Assembly (NCBI GenBank): GCA_937625935.1
Contig: OW569366.1
Coordinates: 435,552 to 499,551 of the forward strand
Length of the DNA: 64,000 nucleotides
From: Tetramitus jugosus
Lineage: Eukaryota; Protista; Heterolobosea
Reading direction: 5' to 3'
Notes under the pieces: model-generated
What the model saw: only the letters and a program-made list of their open reading frames with translations
What the model was told of the DNA's origin: nothing
Databases searched by the model: none
Position numbers and translations under genes: made by a program
Part shown: positions 42,895 through 54,537 of the stretch, piece by piece
Numbering within the stretch: position 1 is the stretch's first letter
How the letters are laid out: the number at the start of each line of letters is the position of its first letter

Positions 42895-45084
42895 TCAGCA
42901 CACAATGCACTTCTTCTCTTTTCCTGTATTTGAGGAACTGTTCAAATGAAGACCCAACAGAGAACTCTTGGCCATGGTGTCATAGAAGTCTCTTCCCAGG
43001 TTGTGACCTGTGAGAGCACTCGTTTCAATGTACAAGAGACAATTATGATGTCTGGCCATTGCTTCACCCTCCTCTGCAGTAATGGGTTCCAAGTTCTTTG
43101 CTCTGAGCTTCACTAACATCTCTGGACAATCCCTGAGATCAACTTTAGTGCCCACGAGCACAACGACTGCTTGAGGACAGTGATGCATAATTTCAGGCAA
43201 CCACTTGGCAGCTATATTTTCGAAACTGCTCGGGTTGATCACAGAGAAACACAATAGGAAAACATTTGTACATGGATAGCTGAGTGGTCTCAGTCGATCA
43301 TAGTCCTCAGGTCCCGCAGTATCCCAAAAAGCAACATTTCTGGCACCACGCCAATTGAAGGTTGAGGTATAGTTGTCAAACACTGTGGGAACATAATCTT
43401 GCGGAAAAGTGTTTGTTACGGTTCGAATCAACAGACAAGTCTTCCCTGTGGCCCCATCTCCAACAACCACAACTTTGATATGACCTTGAGTGTTCAGGTT
43501 ATAGTAAGCGTCATATGATCCGAAATCGTAGGGATGATATGTTCCAAAAAATTGTTCGTGAGCACTCTGCGATTTGAACTTGTTGAAGAAAGCGTTCAAT
43601 TTGTCCAGGCCATAGTACTTATGATTTGAGGATTTTAAAACAGGTTGTTTTGATTGCATTGAAGCAATTCTTTTCGAAACCAGTTTGGCCATGTACTTCA
43701 TATGAGCCTTTCTCAGAATCAACAACTTGTTTCTATAGTTGACCGCATCAGCGATTCGTCTTGATACACCCTTCAAAATTGGTTCATATTTTGGATGATT
43801 GATCACAGAGTGGAACACAGATGTCCAGAGCAGGTTGTGTTCAGTCAGTTCGAAAAACTTCCATGTTTTGGAAACGAGTCGAATATTCATCCAGTCACTC
43901 ATTTCCAAAAAGGATAAAATAACAAGTGCTGCATCACTTGGCAGTTGGTGAATGAGATCAATGACACTCTGATCGATGATTGCCTTCTTTTTCTCTTGAC
44001 TGACAGGAGAAACAGCTGTTTGTTCAGTGGTGAAAATTTTGGTTGTGCCTCCAAAGAATACAACAGAGAAATCGTCTTCAGTATCCTTATTTAGACCATA
44101 GATGACACTGGCTGTGCAGTAGAAAGGAGAACACTGCACAGCAGATGGATCAACAACATAGTCATCCACTGGAGGAGACATGTCACACATTTGACCAGAC
44201 GTGTCTGTGATGATACCTTGAGTTAAGTCCTTGTTCAGAGTGACAAAGAATGACTCCTTGAACAGATTTTTGTTACTCGCACAGCCTCCAACAATGTGCA
44301 AATGATATTCTTCATGATTCTCATCATGGTGATTCACCAAGAAAGAAGCATGACCATATCTTGCAAATGTAGCTTTCCAGGAGTCTTGAATGTTCACTTG
44401 ATGCCATTGCTGATTCTCAACATCAATCACAGTCAAATCATCCAAGATGTCACGTTTGCCATTCGTTCCCCCATGAATCAACAGAAAACGATTGTCCAAT
44501 GTAAGCATCGTATGATGGAAACGTCCTTCCAGATGAACACTATCACTGCCATTGAGCTGTAAAGCAATAGATCTCCATTGTAGCGTATCCAGATTTAAAG
44601 CAAATAAATCATTGCAACAATAGCCATTGTGATCATAACCACCAAACACAAACATTTCATTGTTGATCATGGCAGCAGTCTGTGCATATCGATTGGACGG
44701 AGCATTACTCTCTGTCCCATTCTCATTCGTAGTACTCAATCTTGTCCATGAATTGGCTACAGGATCATACATGTGCACATCAGAAAAGTAGCCATTGCTC
44801 TTTCCACCGAATACATAGAGGCAATCATTGTAAACAACAGAGGAGTGAAAGTTGCGCATGGGAGCCACTCCAGTACTTGGTTCAATCTTTGTCAGGCTGC
44901 TGTGAGGTATGGCAGTTGTCATCGTATTTGGCAAAGCAGAAGATGCATCCACATCATACTTGAGCAAATCATTGGAAGTTGTCAATTGTTTACTGTTGTC
45001 ATCCAACAGAAGACCACCAAAGATGTAAACACTGTGACCAATGACACTGCTTGAGTGACCATAACGAGAGTGAGACAAATGCAT
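42895..45084 (-). CDS. Kelch-repeat / F-box / Rho(Rac)-GTPase fusion protein with a CAAX-like end
   Basis: Six Kelch repeats (RYGHSS..YIFGG, RNFHSS..YVFGG, etc.), F-box LPSDAALVILSFLE..RLVSKTW, Rho domain VVVGDGATGKT, YVPTVFDNY, WDTAGPEDYDRLRPLSYP, VGTKVDLR, ETSAL, and terminal KKCIVC. Confidence 0.92.
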   Translation of the reverse strand: MHLSHSRYGHSSSVIGHSVYIFGGLLLDDNSKQLTTSNDLLKYDVDASSALPNTMTTAIPHSSLTKIEPSTGVAPMRNFHSSVVYNDCLYVFGGKSNGYFSDVHMYDPVANSWTRLSTTNENGTESNAPSNRYAQTAAMINNEMFVFGGYDHNGYCCNDLFALNLDTLQWRSIALQLNGSDSVHLEGRFHHTMLTLDNRFLLIHGGTNGKRDILDDLTVIDVENQQWHQVNIQDSWKATFARYGHASFLVNHHDENHEEYHLHIVGGCASNKNLFKESFFVTLNKDLTQGIITDTSGQMCDMSPPVDDYVVDPSAVQCSPFYCTASVIYGLNKDTEDDFSVVFFGGTTKIFTTEQTAVSPVSQEKKKAIIDQSVIDLIHQLPSDAALVILSFLEMSDWMNIRLVSKTWKFFELTEHNLLWTSVFHSVINHPKYEPILKGVSRRIADAVNYRNKLLILRKAHMKYMAKLVSKRIASMQSKQPVLKSSNHKYYGLDKLNAFFNKFKSQSAHEQFFGTYHPYDFGSYDAYYNLNTQGHIKVVVVGDGATGKTCLLIRTVTNTFPQDYVPTVFDNYTSTFNWRGARNVAFWDTAGPEDYDRLRPLSYPCTNVFLLCFSVINPSSFENIAAKWLPEIMHHCPQAVVVLVGTKVDLRDCPEMLVKLRAKNLEPITAEEGEAMARHHNCLLYIETSALTGHNLGRDFYDTMAKSSLLGLHLNSSSNTGKEKKCIVC

Positions 45085-45172
45085 GTTGTTGTTATGCTGT
45101 TGTTTGTTCTGTTGTTTATTGTTCAGATGATTGGCCAAAGAGTTCCGACGCTGTTCTGACAGGTGAGAAAAA

Positions 45173-45958
45173 TTATTGCTGTTGTAGATTTGGCGGAGTA
45201 ATTCTCACAAATGTGTATTCCTCATCACGCTCCACATGCAACAGTTGAAAACCGTTGCGCCGAAACTGGTCAATCATTCGTTTCAAAAGATGAGGTTGAT
45301 TGGGGAAGAATCGAGAGTGTTGTTCGACCAGTACTTGATTGCAATAGGTGAACTGTTCTGGATTTGACAATAGTGAGTCAAATAGCTCAAATTCTGAACC
45401 CTCAATATCAATTTTCAGCAAGTCTATGTGGTCATGGCCTAGCATTTTCATGATACGTGGAACATCGAGTGTTTTTACAATCAGTGGCTCCTTTTGAACA
45501 TGAGAAATTCCCTTCATGGCCGTGCCGCTCACATGATCTTCATTCTTGGGTAAGAAGAACTTTGTGGTGGTCCGTTCAGGATCAGCCACCACAGCATACG
45601 GATAGAGCTCAAATTTAGAGCTCAATTGATTGCTCTTCTTTGCTCGCTCAACGTACGCAATTGCTTTTGGCGTCGGATCAAACGCGTACAGTTTCTTCAA
45701 CTGAAACTTTTGAATCATCTCTTGATCAAACTCTGCATTGAGTCCTATACCAATACTGTACACAACAGAGCTTGGATTCAATCCTAGTGGACAAATCATC
45801 CAACCACCATATGCTTTTCTACCAATGTACTGTTTGCTGTCTGAGCATGGAGGTACACTTCGAAAGAGTAGAAAGCTGAGAATAGTGAGTAAAGCAACCG
45901 TTATGAAGCTCCATGCTAGCACTGTGTGTTTTGTTAGCACTATTGTTGGTCTCGACAT
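45173..45958 (-). CDS. Type II membrane FkbM/METTL24-like SAM-dependent methyltransferase
   Basis: N-terminal TM helix; YGGWMIC, VVYSIGIG..FD, AFDPTP, IDLLKIDIEGSEF and QVLVEQH. Confidence 0.88.
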   Translation of the reverse strand: MSRPTIVLTKHTVLAWSFITVALLTILSFLLFRSVPPCSDSKQYIGRKAYGGWMICPLGLNPSSVVYSIGIGLNAEFDQEMIQKFQLKKLYAFDPTPKAIAYVERAKKSNQLSSKFELYPYAVVADPERTTTKFFLPKNEDHVSGTAMKGISHVQKEPLIVKTLDVPRIMKMLGHDHIDLLKIDIEGSEFELFDSLLSNPEQFTYCNQVLVEQHSRFFPNQPHLLKRMIDQFRRNGFQLLHVERDEEYTFVRITPPNLQQQ

Positions 45959-46495
45959 GACTTACTGCTTGGTGTGAAAAGAAATTTCGTTGAAAATTGG
46001 AGGTAGAGGTCCGTTTTGGCGCGTGACTCTTCCAAACTGGTGTTTCGAGGATCGGATACGTCAATGTCAATATTCGCCAAGAACGAGTCCTATTGGATTG
46101 CTTTAGAGTCTTCGATTTTGATACTTTCATGATAGACTCTTGATTATCAAGTCCCATTTCAAAAATTTGAGAAAAACTCGACCAACCGTGTACTTGATGA
46201 TAATTTGCAATGTCATCATAAAATGAGGCCAGCATAAATTGATTCCGAATCGACAAGAACTCTCACTAATCAATACAACCTTCGGAGGATTAATGTCTTG
46301 GGTTGGGGTTGGCCATGCTTCGGTTTGATTTCACACGATCTGTTTTTCTTTCCGTTTCTCAACCTGGGAATTGAAGTTCACACATTTCGAGTTTTATGAG
46401 ATGCATAAATCTGTGTTCCAGAGAACAAATTCTGGCCAGAATCTCAAAATACCAACAAGCTCAAACACACAAGTTGAACAAACCGAACAACATCA

Positions 46496-47608
46496 ATGAA
46501 GAGCCACAACAACAAGAAACCACTCACAGCCAAGCAAATGATAAAAACGTTCCAACCACCATCAGAAGAAGAACGACTCAAAATCATTCAACCAATCGTT
46601 CAACGAAAGATTGACTTTTACAAGAGCACTTTTGGAGACAATGGATTGTTGTCGTTGGACTACTTGGAACAATTATTGGTTCATTATGAGGATCATGGTT
46701 GGGCCATTGCTTCAAAATTAATTCCTCATCAAATGTGTGAGAATCTGTTGACACAAATCAATGAAAAGTTGGTTTTACAATCTGGATTTGACATGAACAA
46801 GCCATCGACATGGGATCAATTCCCTTTTGGTTTGAATGGGTTTGTCGAGTTGTATCATTTGCCTGCTCAGTATGAGATGCGATTCTATGAACCAATGTAT
46901 CAACTGTTTTCTACACTGTACGAGGATGAGAAACTGCAAGTATTGTTGGACAGGAATTGTGTTAAGAGATCGTGCCATCGTCCCAATAGTGATCAAGATT
47001 TTAATGACTTTAAAAAGGGAGAAAGAAAGACGTGTCCTACAACGATGAATCCACATTGGCAATCTCGGGGATTTTGGCATCATGATATGAACTTGATCAC
47101 GGGTGAGACTCAGAACCCAGTTCAATGTGTAATTGCAATGGATGACACCGATGAAAGTCAAGGAGGATTCCAATGTCTCGATAGATTCCATTGGTATGCC
47201 AAGGAATGGGCACAAGCCACTGAATCATATCGCAACAGAATGTCTGTTCCTAATCAGAAACTTCCCGTATTCATGCCAAATGCAGAAGAATGGGTGCAGA
47301 AGTGTGGATGTTATCCAGAGATGAGAAAAGGAGATGTTATGGTTTGGAAATCAGAGGTGTGTCATGGAGGTGGATTCAATGAGAATAAGAATGGAATGAT
47401 TCGCTTGGCTACTTATGTGAATTATGTGCCAAAATCACAGATTAGTCACCCAAAGCAGTTGGAACAGATTGTTTGTTATGAAACTGGATCACATCCAGGT
47501 AATACTGCATGTAATAACACGTGGGAGCAACTTGAAAAGGACAATCACACTCAGCATCCACTAACTGAGATTGGAGAACGTTTGATAGGTGTGTCCACTT
47601 ATGAATAG
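46496..47608 (+). CDS. Phytanoyl-CoA dioxygenase (PhyH)-family 2OG-Fe(II) oxygenase
   Basis: YEDHGWAI, WHHDMN (HxD), VQCVIAMDDTDESQGGFQCL, KGDVMVWKSEVCHGG and RLATYVNY. Confidence 0.85.
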   Translation: MKSHNNKKPLTAKQMIKTFQPPSEEERLKIIQPIVQRKIDFYKSTFGDNGLLSLDYLEQLLVHYEDHGWAIASKLIPHQMCENLLTQINEKLVLQSGFDMNKPSTWDQFPFGLNGFVELYHLPAQYEMRFYEPMYQLFSTLYEDEKLQVLLDRNCVKRSCHRPNSDQDFNDFKKGERKTCPTTMNPHWQSRGFWHHDMNLITGETQNPVQCVIAMDDTDESQGGFQCLDRFHWYAKEWAQATESYRNRMSVPNQKLPVFMPNAEEWVQKCGCYPEMRKGDVMVWKSEVCHGGGFNENKNGMIRLATYVNYVPKSQISHPKQLEQIVCYETGSHPGNTACNNTWEQLEKDNHTQHPLTEIGERLIGVSTYE

Positions 47609-47913
47609 TGTCAATCCCTTCATTATTAAAACAGATTCACAAGTCTTGTATTCAAAATGTCCGTGAAAAGAACTTCCTTACCAGTTCGGTTGAGGCAAAT
47701 ATTTTAAATATATTGAGGAACAATGCTGACACATTTACAGCTGAATACGTTCGTTTCAAACTTATGCGCATTTCAACTTATGAACAGGACGATGTTGATG
47801 GTTGGGGTGAGGGATTGAATTGGGTTAGGAGAATAGTTCTCCATTTACAATTGAGAATTTTTAATGAGGCTAAAACCTTTATTGAGACCCACAATGTTCA
47901 ATTGACTAAACCG

Positions 47914-48705
47914 TTATTCATCAGAGAAATCTGAGTCAACATCTGAAGAGACGTCCAATAACCCTTTTTTTGCGATGTTTAGCATCTTCTTGAGTGCTTT
48001 GATCTTTGCTTCCAATTCCTCTACTTTGTCTTGCTGATCGTTCATAGAATCTTGTTGCTGTAGGATAGTGCCTTGTTGCTGTTGGATAGTATCCTGTTGC
48101 TCTTGGATAGTGCCTTGTTGCTGTTGGACATCGACCTGTAGTTGTTGAACGTGGTTTCGAAGGTCCATATTGGCTTCTATTACAGTGATATACTTCTGTT
48201 GTTCAGTGAGTCTTGATTCATATGAGTTGACTCGATTAGTTTTTGTGGCATGAACCAACAAATCAGCCAACGCAAACAAAGACACAACGCTCTCATCGAA
48301 TAACTTGCTCTGGTTCCTTACGCCTTTTGGTGCACATCTAGCAACTTCGAAAATGGATGCGATCAGGACATCATCTTTTGTGTTGGGGTCGCACACGTGA
48401 CGCAACAGCTGGAGTGCCTCTGTAATTCTTCCTCTCTTGATGGTCTTGTCCTGGTTTCTGACCCATGAGAATATGCTCCAATCCCACAGTGCTTTTTTGC
48501 CATCAATCGTTTGTTCTTCCCATGATGCCTCCAGCTTGACATATTGGGAGACATGGCTGAATATCTTCTCCCTCATATTTTGTCTATCGTAACCATCGAA
48601 TGAGATGGCTACGTGTCTATCTATTGTGTCAGCTAATTCTTGAAATGTGCTGACATAGTCAGAGGCAAAAGGTGATGGGGGTAAAGGGTATGTGGTGGCT
48701 TGCAT
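47914..48705 (-). CDS. Hypothetical protein with a C-terminal Q-rich coiled coil
   Basis: 263-aa ATG-initiated ORF. Heptad repeat QQQQGTI/QEQQDTI is encoded by a 21-bp tandem repeat (about 48050-48135). Confidence 0.6.
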   Translation of the reverse strand: MQATTYPLPPSPFASDYVSTFQELADTIDRHVAISFDGYDRQNMREKIFSHVSQYVKLEASWEEQTIDGKKALWDWSIFSWVRNQDKTIKRGRITEALQLLRHVCDPNTKDDVLIASIFEVARCAPKGVRNQSKLFDESVVSLFALADLLVHATKTNRVNSYESRLTEQQKYITVIEANMDLRNHVQQLQVDVQQQQGTIQEQQDTIQQQQGTILQQQDSMNDQQDKVEELEAKIKALKKMLNIAKKGLLDVSSDVDSDFSDE

Positions 48706-49829
48706 CTTTGTTGTTTGGTGTTGAAATATTAAAAACTTGTGTCAGGATACATATGAAGGGTCAAGCAAAACAAGGTTGACCAACACATCCGTTGGGCAGA
48801 CGTTTGACGTATGGAACAAATGGGGAGTTGGGAAAAAACTTGACCCGAAGGGGAGGAAAAATCAGGATTAAAGTTGAGCTGCTAGAACTCTTCAGTTCAA
48901 CTGCTAGAACAAAGCTAGTTCAAAAGCTCCCCTCAAGTGCCAGTTGTAAATGAAACGCCAGCTGTTAACAGAATTTGGTTTTTCGCAAACAATTTCACAA
49001 TGAATCATCTGGCACTGTCTGATCTGTTTTTCGTCATTTTCTAGAACCTCGTTGGTGAACTCCTGCTCAAACGAGGGTAGCTCTGGTGTGGCAGCGTAAT
49101 TAGGGTTTGGGTTTGGGTGTGAATTATTCGAACAACGAAACTCCGTCAATTGGTGTTGGTTGTCTTTGTTGACTCGTTGTATTCGTGGCGTTGTGTGCAT
49201 CGCACAATGTACAGGTTGTTCCATCTTCAAAGGTTTGAATGACGATCACCTGGGATTCCATGGACCAACACGCGGAACCAGGGTTTTATCATTTCTTGAC
49301 CTTTGGAAGAGGTGCTCGACGCACTTGCAGGCTCAGGTCTGGGCGTCTCTTCCTGTTCTTCCTTAATATTATTGGTGTGACACCCATAATAGCACTAGTG
49401 CCTTTTTGTTTAACACCGACATCTTGATCTCTCAATACAACCACTCGATCATCTTCGATATCGTATCACTGTTCTCATTGTTTGATTCGCAAACATTTGT
49501 GACTGACTCAACGAATCTCTGAAGTTCTGATAAACTCTCCTTGTATTCTTTGGTGTATTCCTAATGCAACATTGTCTCGACTCTTTCCCTACGAGCATCC
49601 ACTGTTTCACTCTTGAAGGTCGACGTTTGACAGAATGCTTTTGAACTCCAAAAAAGCTCTTTCATCAACATCAAACTTGATCACACTATTCACAACAACA
49701 TTATTGTTATGCACCAGTGGCTGGTGGTAATTTCACATTGTTTGTTGTATGTGTTCCACTAAATTTTACACATTGGTGAGCCAACGTAGGTTACAAACTC
49801 TTTTCCATTAGTCAACCTTGCTCCTGCAG

Positions 49830-52490
49830 AAGGAATTAATGCTGGTTATGTATTGCAAGATCGAATGCCTAACTATATCGTATCTGGTGTTATCGAAGGA
49901 TCAGTGCAATTCAATCTCCAAAACACAACGCCCATCACTCAAAAAACTGCATTTGTTGCTCAATACCAAAGTTCCTCTTGGTCATGGTGCTATTTGCAAC
50001 TCAAACTCAATCAGGTTGGTGGTTTGATGAACAACGTGCTTGTGACAGTTTCAATCTCAATCAACCATATCCTTTATCGAGCAGTGTGGCATTGGGGCTG
50101 AGTGCTTTTGTTCAGATTGAAACTAGCATAAAAACAGACCCGCGTCTTCCAACTTTGATAGATCCTTGTGAAGATATTAGTATACAATCAATTCAGAGCA
50201 ACAATGACATGAGTGGAAGGAGATATGTTTGGAAGACATCTCAGAACATCACTCAATATTTGGTCAACCAGAACAACAAAACATTGATTGTTCCCAATCA
50301 ATTCATTCCTACGAATGAAAATGTGACGATATCATTGTTTATTTACGCTCTCCAAGGAAATCAATTGAGTGAATCGAATTCATTGACATTCTTTCGAAGA
50401 AAAGCCATTGCTAAAATAGAATTGTCAGGAACGGGCACCTTATCTGTAAAAGACACCGGCTCTTTATCTCTCTTCGCATATCTGACCGAGATTCCAAGTT
50501 GTTTGGTGAGCACCAAAAAGACTTGGTTCATTCAAGGTCAATCTTATTCCACAACATTGAACTATTTGTCATTTACGGTTAAAGCTGCTGGAAGTATTTC
50601 GGTTCAGATTGTTTCTGATCATTTAGAAGCTATTCGATCAGTTCCTGTAACAGTGATTGAAACGAAACCAAATGCTGTTATCAGTGGTGGAAATCGAATG
50701 GTATTGGCTGGAAATACGATTTTGCTTGATGCCAGTCAAAGCAGTGATCCACTTTATGGCTCGATTACTGGAGCAATCTACAAGTGGAGTTGCGATTCAT
50801 GCTCAAAACAACTTCCTTCTGGAGTCACAACTCTCTTGGATGAAGGTCCTGGAAATTATACAATATCATTAATGTATACTCCAAATCCTTTCGTAACGAA
50901 CCGAGTTGGAAATGCAAGTATAATCATACAGATTGTGAATCGAGAAAGTGTGATTCCAGTGTTGAAGATCTCGAGTGTTGTCCCAACCATTCTGAATCCA
51001 CTCAAAGTTTTGAGAATTTCTGCCAATGTATCAAATATCATTGGTGGTTATGGAGTTGAATGGTCAGTGAGAGCAGATTCATCTCAAAGTGTTATTTTCA
51101 TGCGGACATATTCCACTCTGATTCCCTTGGTTATCCCAGAATATACACTCAAGTACAACAACAGTTACACTTTCATGATCAGAGCTCGATGTGCCAATGT
51201 TGCATCCGGTCAACTTGTTTCCTTTGCTTCGGTCACTTCAAGAACGTCAGCTCCCCCAATAATTACAGGTGTCATTGTTTACTATCTCTATCTATTCAAC
51301 TGATGTCCCTGAAGCGTATCCCTTATATTACTCTTTTGAGTATTTCAATGAATACTTCAGAGATTTGCTGCACTGAAAGATTATTCCATTTACAGCACAA
51401 TTAATACAGCTCTTCCTACTTTCAGTTCTCATCTGAGAATTCGATGAACAGTCCAGAACTCACAAGGAGGAGAATCATCGACAGAGTTTTCAATTCCTGT
51501 CAGCTCTAAAGCTAGTGCAACCGAACAAATGAATCAAGCCGAACAGTTATTGCAAGGTTTGAACTCAGAAAACAGAACAGACAATGGAGAATCTGTGTTG
51601 AATATTGTTGCTGCAACAGTGGGTCATCTTGCCACCAACATCAGTGTGCCGGTGCAACAAATCACGATTATTTATTCTGGAATTGTTGATTTCATGTTAA
51701 ATGGTACTTTGGATGAGATTCAAAACAGCAATGATTCCGTCACTGAGCACTTTATTCTCTCAAAGATCAGTACAATCAGTGTATTGTCAAGTTTCAGCTC
51801 TTTGATTTCACTATCAACAGCTGATAAGTCTATAACCATTCTGAGCCTAGCTGTTCAGGACTGCCATTCTTGTTGAGTGCATCCTGAATGGAATCATTCG
51901 AAACTCGTTGTTGATATCAGCGAACAGCTCAAAAGACTTAAAAGGAGTGAACAGCTTGGGGTACCTGATATTGACAATTGTCAATCCACTTGTTCTGTTG
52001 TCCTTGTTCATTTATCTGTGGCAGATGATAAGATTCTACTTTTTGAAGAACTTGTATTCCATAATGGCAAAAGAAAGCATTGCCAAATCAGCCAAGAAAC
52101 ACATGAGAATATTGAGACTGATTTCATCGAAACTGGTTTATGTTGCTCTGGGATTCACAATATTCGTAATCTCGTGTGCTTACTTTGTCATACAATGATC
52201 ATGTTCACTCAACAGAGAGTTGAGATGATGAATGACATTTAAGAGTTCCTTGAGTCTGGTTCTACCTACGAGTGCAATGTGCCAAACAAAACAAAGAAAA
52301 TGATTCGATCGGCAATGAAGGACACTCATTTGTCTGCTTTTGAGGCCGATGCAGCTCTAAAATCGCTGTACAATGAGACCATGTCCAACATTGCTGACAC
52401 ATTTACTCGGTTCATTGATACTGCTGAATACACTCGCTACAAACTTCCCAGTTCCTTCACCCCTCCTTCCCTTTATGTGAAACATTAGTG
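49830..52490 (+). pseudogene. Disrupted REJ/PKD-domain membrane protein gene with a C-terminal RGS-like fragment
   Basis: PNAVISGGNR..ILLDASQSSDP..YKWSC (REJ-like), TM fragments at 51908-52198, and RGS-like EFLESGSTYECNVP..ETMSNIADTFTRFIDTAEY. Frameshifts, stops and apparent deletions. Confidence 0.7.
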
Positions 52491-54537
52491 TCGCTGATCC
52501 AAGACAATCAAAAACATCATTCCTTCCAGTACCCACGAACAAAGAGGTAGCTCAGTGTGTATGATCACAAGTCTTATGATAGATCACACTGTTGTATTGA
52601 GAAGTGAAGATCTGATGAAGACTTTCACTCAGTTTGCAGATCGTACATCTTCTACCAGGTCCTTGCCTGTGTTTGATACTAATAGGTTGTTGATTGCAGG
52701 AATTAAGAAGAAGAAGACTGCACAGAAAGCAGCCAAGAAACCAGCTGCAGCTCAGAAGGATAGTCCGTAATACTACAGGAAGCAAGCGTAGGCAGTTACT
52801 ACACAGCTAGCAGTTCAGAAGAACACTATCAGGACAGCAGGCAAACGGAAGCAGAGATCTGAGTGATGATGAATCAATAGAGGAAGCACAGAAGATGCGT
52901 TCCAGATCAGTCATTAAACAGAAAGATGAAGATGATGGTATCTGCTCACGTCATGTTGTGAAGAAGGCAGCTAAGCAGATAGGATCATATCAATCTTGTG
53001 ATCAGGTAACTAGGAGTTCTTATGATAACCTAGATAATGATGATGATCTGCAAATTCAAGAACAGGATGGTGATACTGCTAATCCACACACTAATCATAG
53101 GCATGACTTTGAAGAAGATGAACTCGTTATGATGACTCTCGATGATGTATTTTATGGACGTGCACGTGTATTGCAGAAGCATTCCCAACCTTGCACGATA
53201 GGTTCTCGCAGATATCATCCATAAGAGTATGCATATCTATAAGTAGAATCCAGATTTGCAGATATTGATGACTCGTTTCCTGAGGAAGGTTCCAGAGTTG
53301 CATGGAGATGGGATCAGTTAGAGAAGATCGTCGACCACAGAAAACCACATCCTCTTCACTGCTGGAAGAACCACAGAAAACTAGATCTCGAAGATTAATC
53401 CAACTGCTTGTTCTGATTGTGGCACCAAACTTGTCGTTCCAGTTGATCGGCGGGTGTCAGATATGCCTATCGTGTCAACGAGGGTTGGGCAAAGTGAAAA
53501 CGATGATGCCTCCAAGCGGCAAACCGTGGAAGTCACCAAAGTAAAGCAAAAACAAGCATAAGGGTTGTTGACTTAACCATAAAGATGCAACACACTAACC
53601 TTGTTTTCAAACCCAGCTTATACGACACTGACAGTGAGACACCGATCCTAGATGGTGCCGCAACAGTGGAGGACATTGTGTCAAACCAATCGGGTGTGAT
53701 CACTCATTTCATTACCAAGTAACTCAAAGTGTCAGGTAAGGACATTGTTTTTCAAGACTATAGTCACGAACGGTATCCACTCACATTCTTTGTTCGACCA
53801 CTCGTCGAATCCATCTACGCAGTCACCGGTTGAAGTTTGAAGTGGTGCACATTGATCTTTCTGTTCTAGCCAAGAAGAGCTAAGAATGTTTCAAAGTGTC
53901 CAGCGAAGAGTTGCTCCAGAAGAAGCCTCGCCTTGTGCTAGAGCACTATAGTCAGTTTGCATTGGAGAGTGCAATGTGGATCGAGTGGTCCAGATTGCCA
54001 AGCACCATAAGTGGCATCACTCAGTTCGGCTTCCACATCGTCTTCGGTGTGCTCCTCTTCATGTGCCTGTGCATCGCCAGTAATAGCATCGAGCAATGGA
54101 CCAATGCTTCTTAGGTCGCATGCATCCGAGTCTTCTCCACAAATTTGAAACATGTTTATTTTCTGTTACTCTTAATTCAATAGATAAAGAGATTTCCTTT
54201 TGGGCTCGAATCATCCCTTTGAATTCCATTACTTTTAAATTTCGATGAGTATGAACGACAAAAAGAACTTGAAAGATAAATTCATCCAGTCTTAAAAATT
54301 GTAATGGACGAAAACAAACACTGATTTTCTCGCTCATCACTCAAACTGTGGTCGAGTCCACGAATACAAACCAAGTGGATGGACAAATTCAGGTCCACCA
54401 ACCAAAATTTTTTTTTCATGAACCCAAGAACACAGCTTGATCTTAAAGATCGAGCTTTAAAGTTCAGACATCCAACTAAACCCAATCCTTCGAACAAAAG
54501 CTTGTGCAAGAACCAACCAATCGCGTTCCCGCTCATC

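Noticed and set aside
53400-53480. CSDCG..GGCQICLSC Zn-ribbon-like fragment
   Set aside because: Needs a frameshift and has no supporting context for a family assignment.
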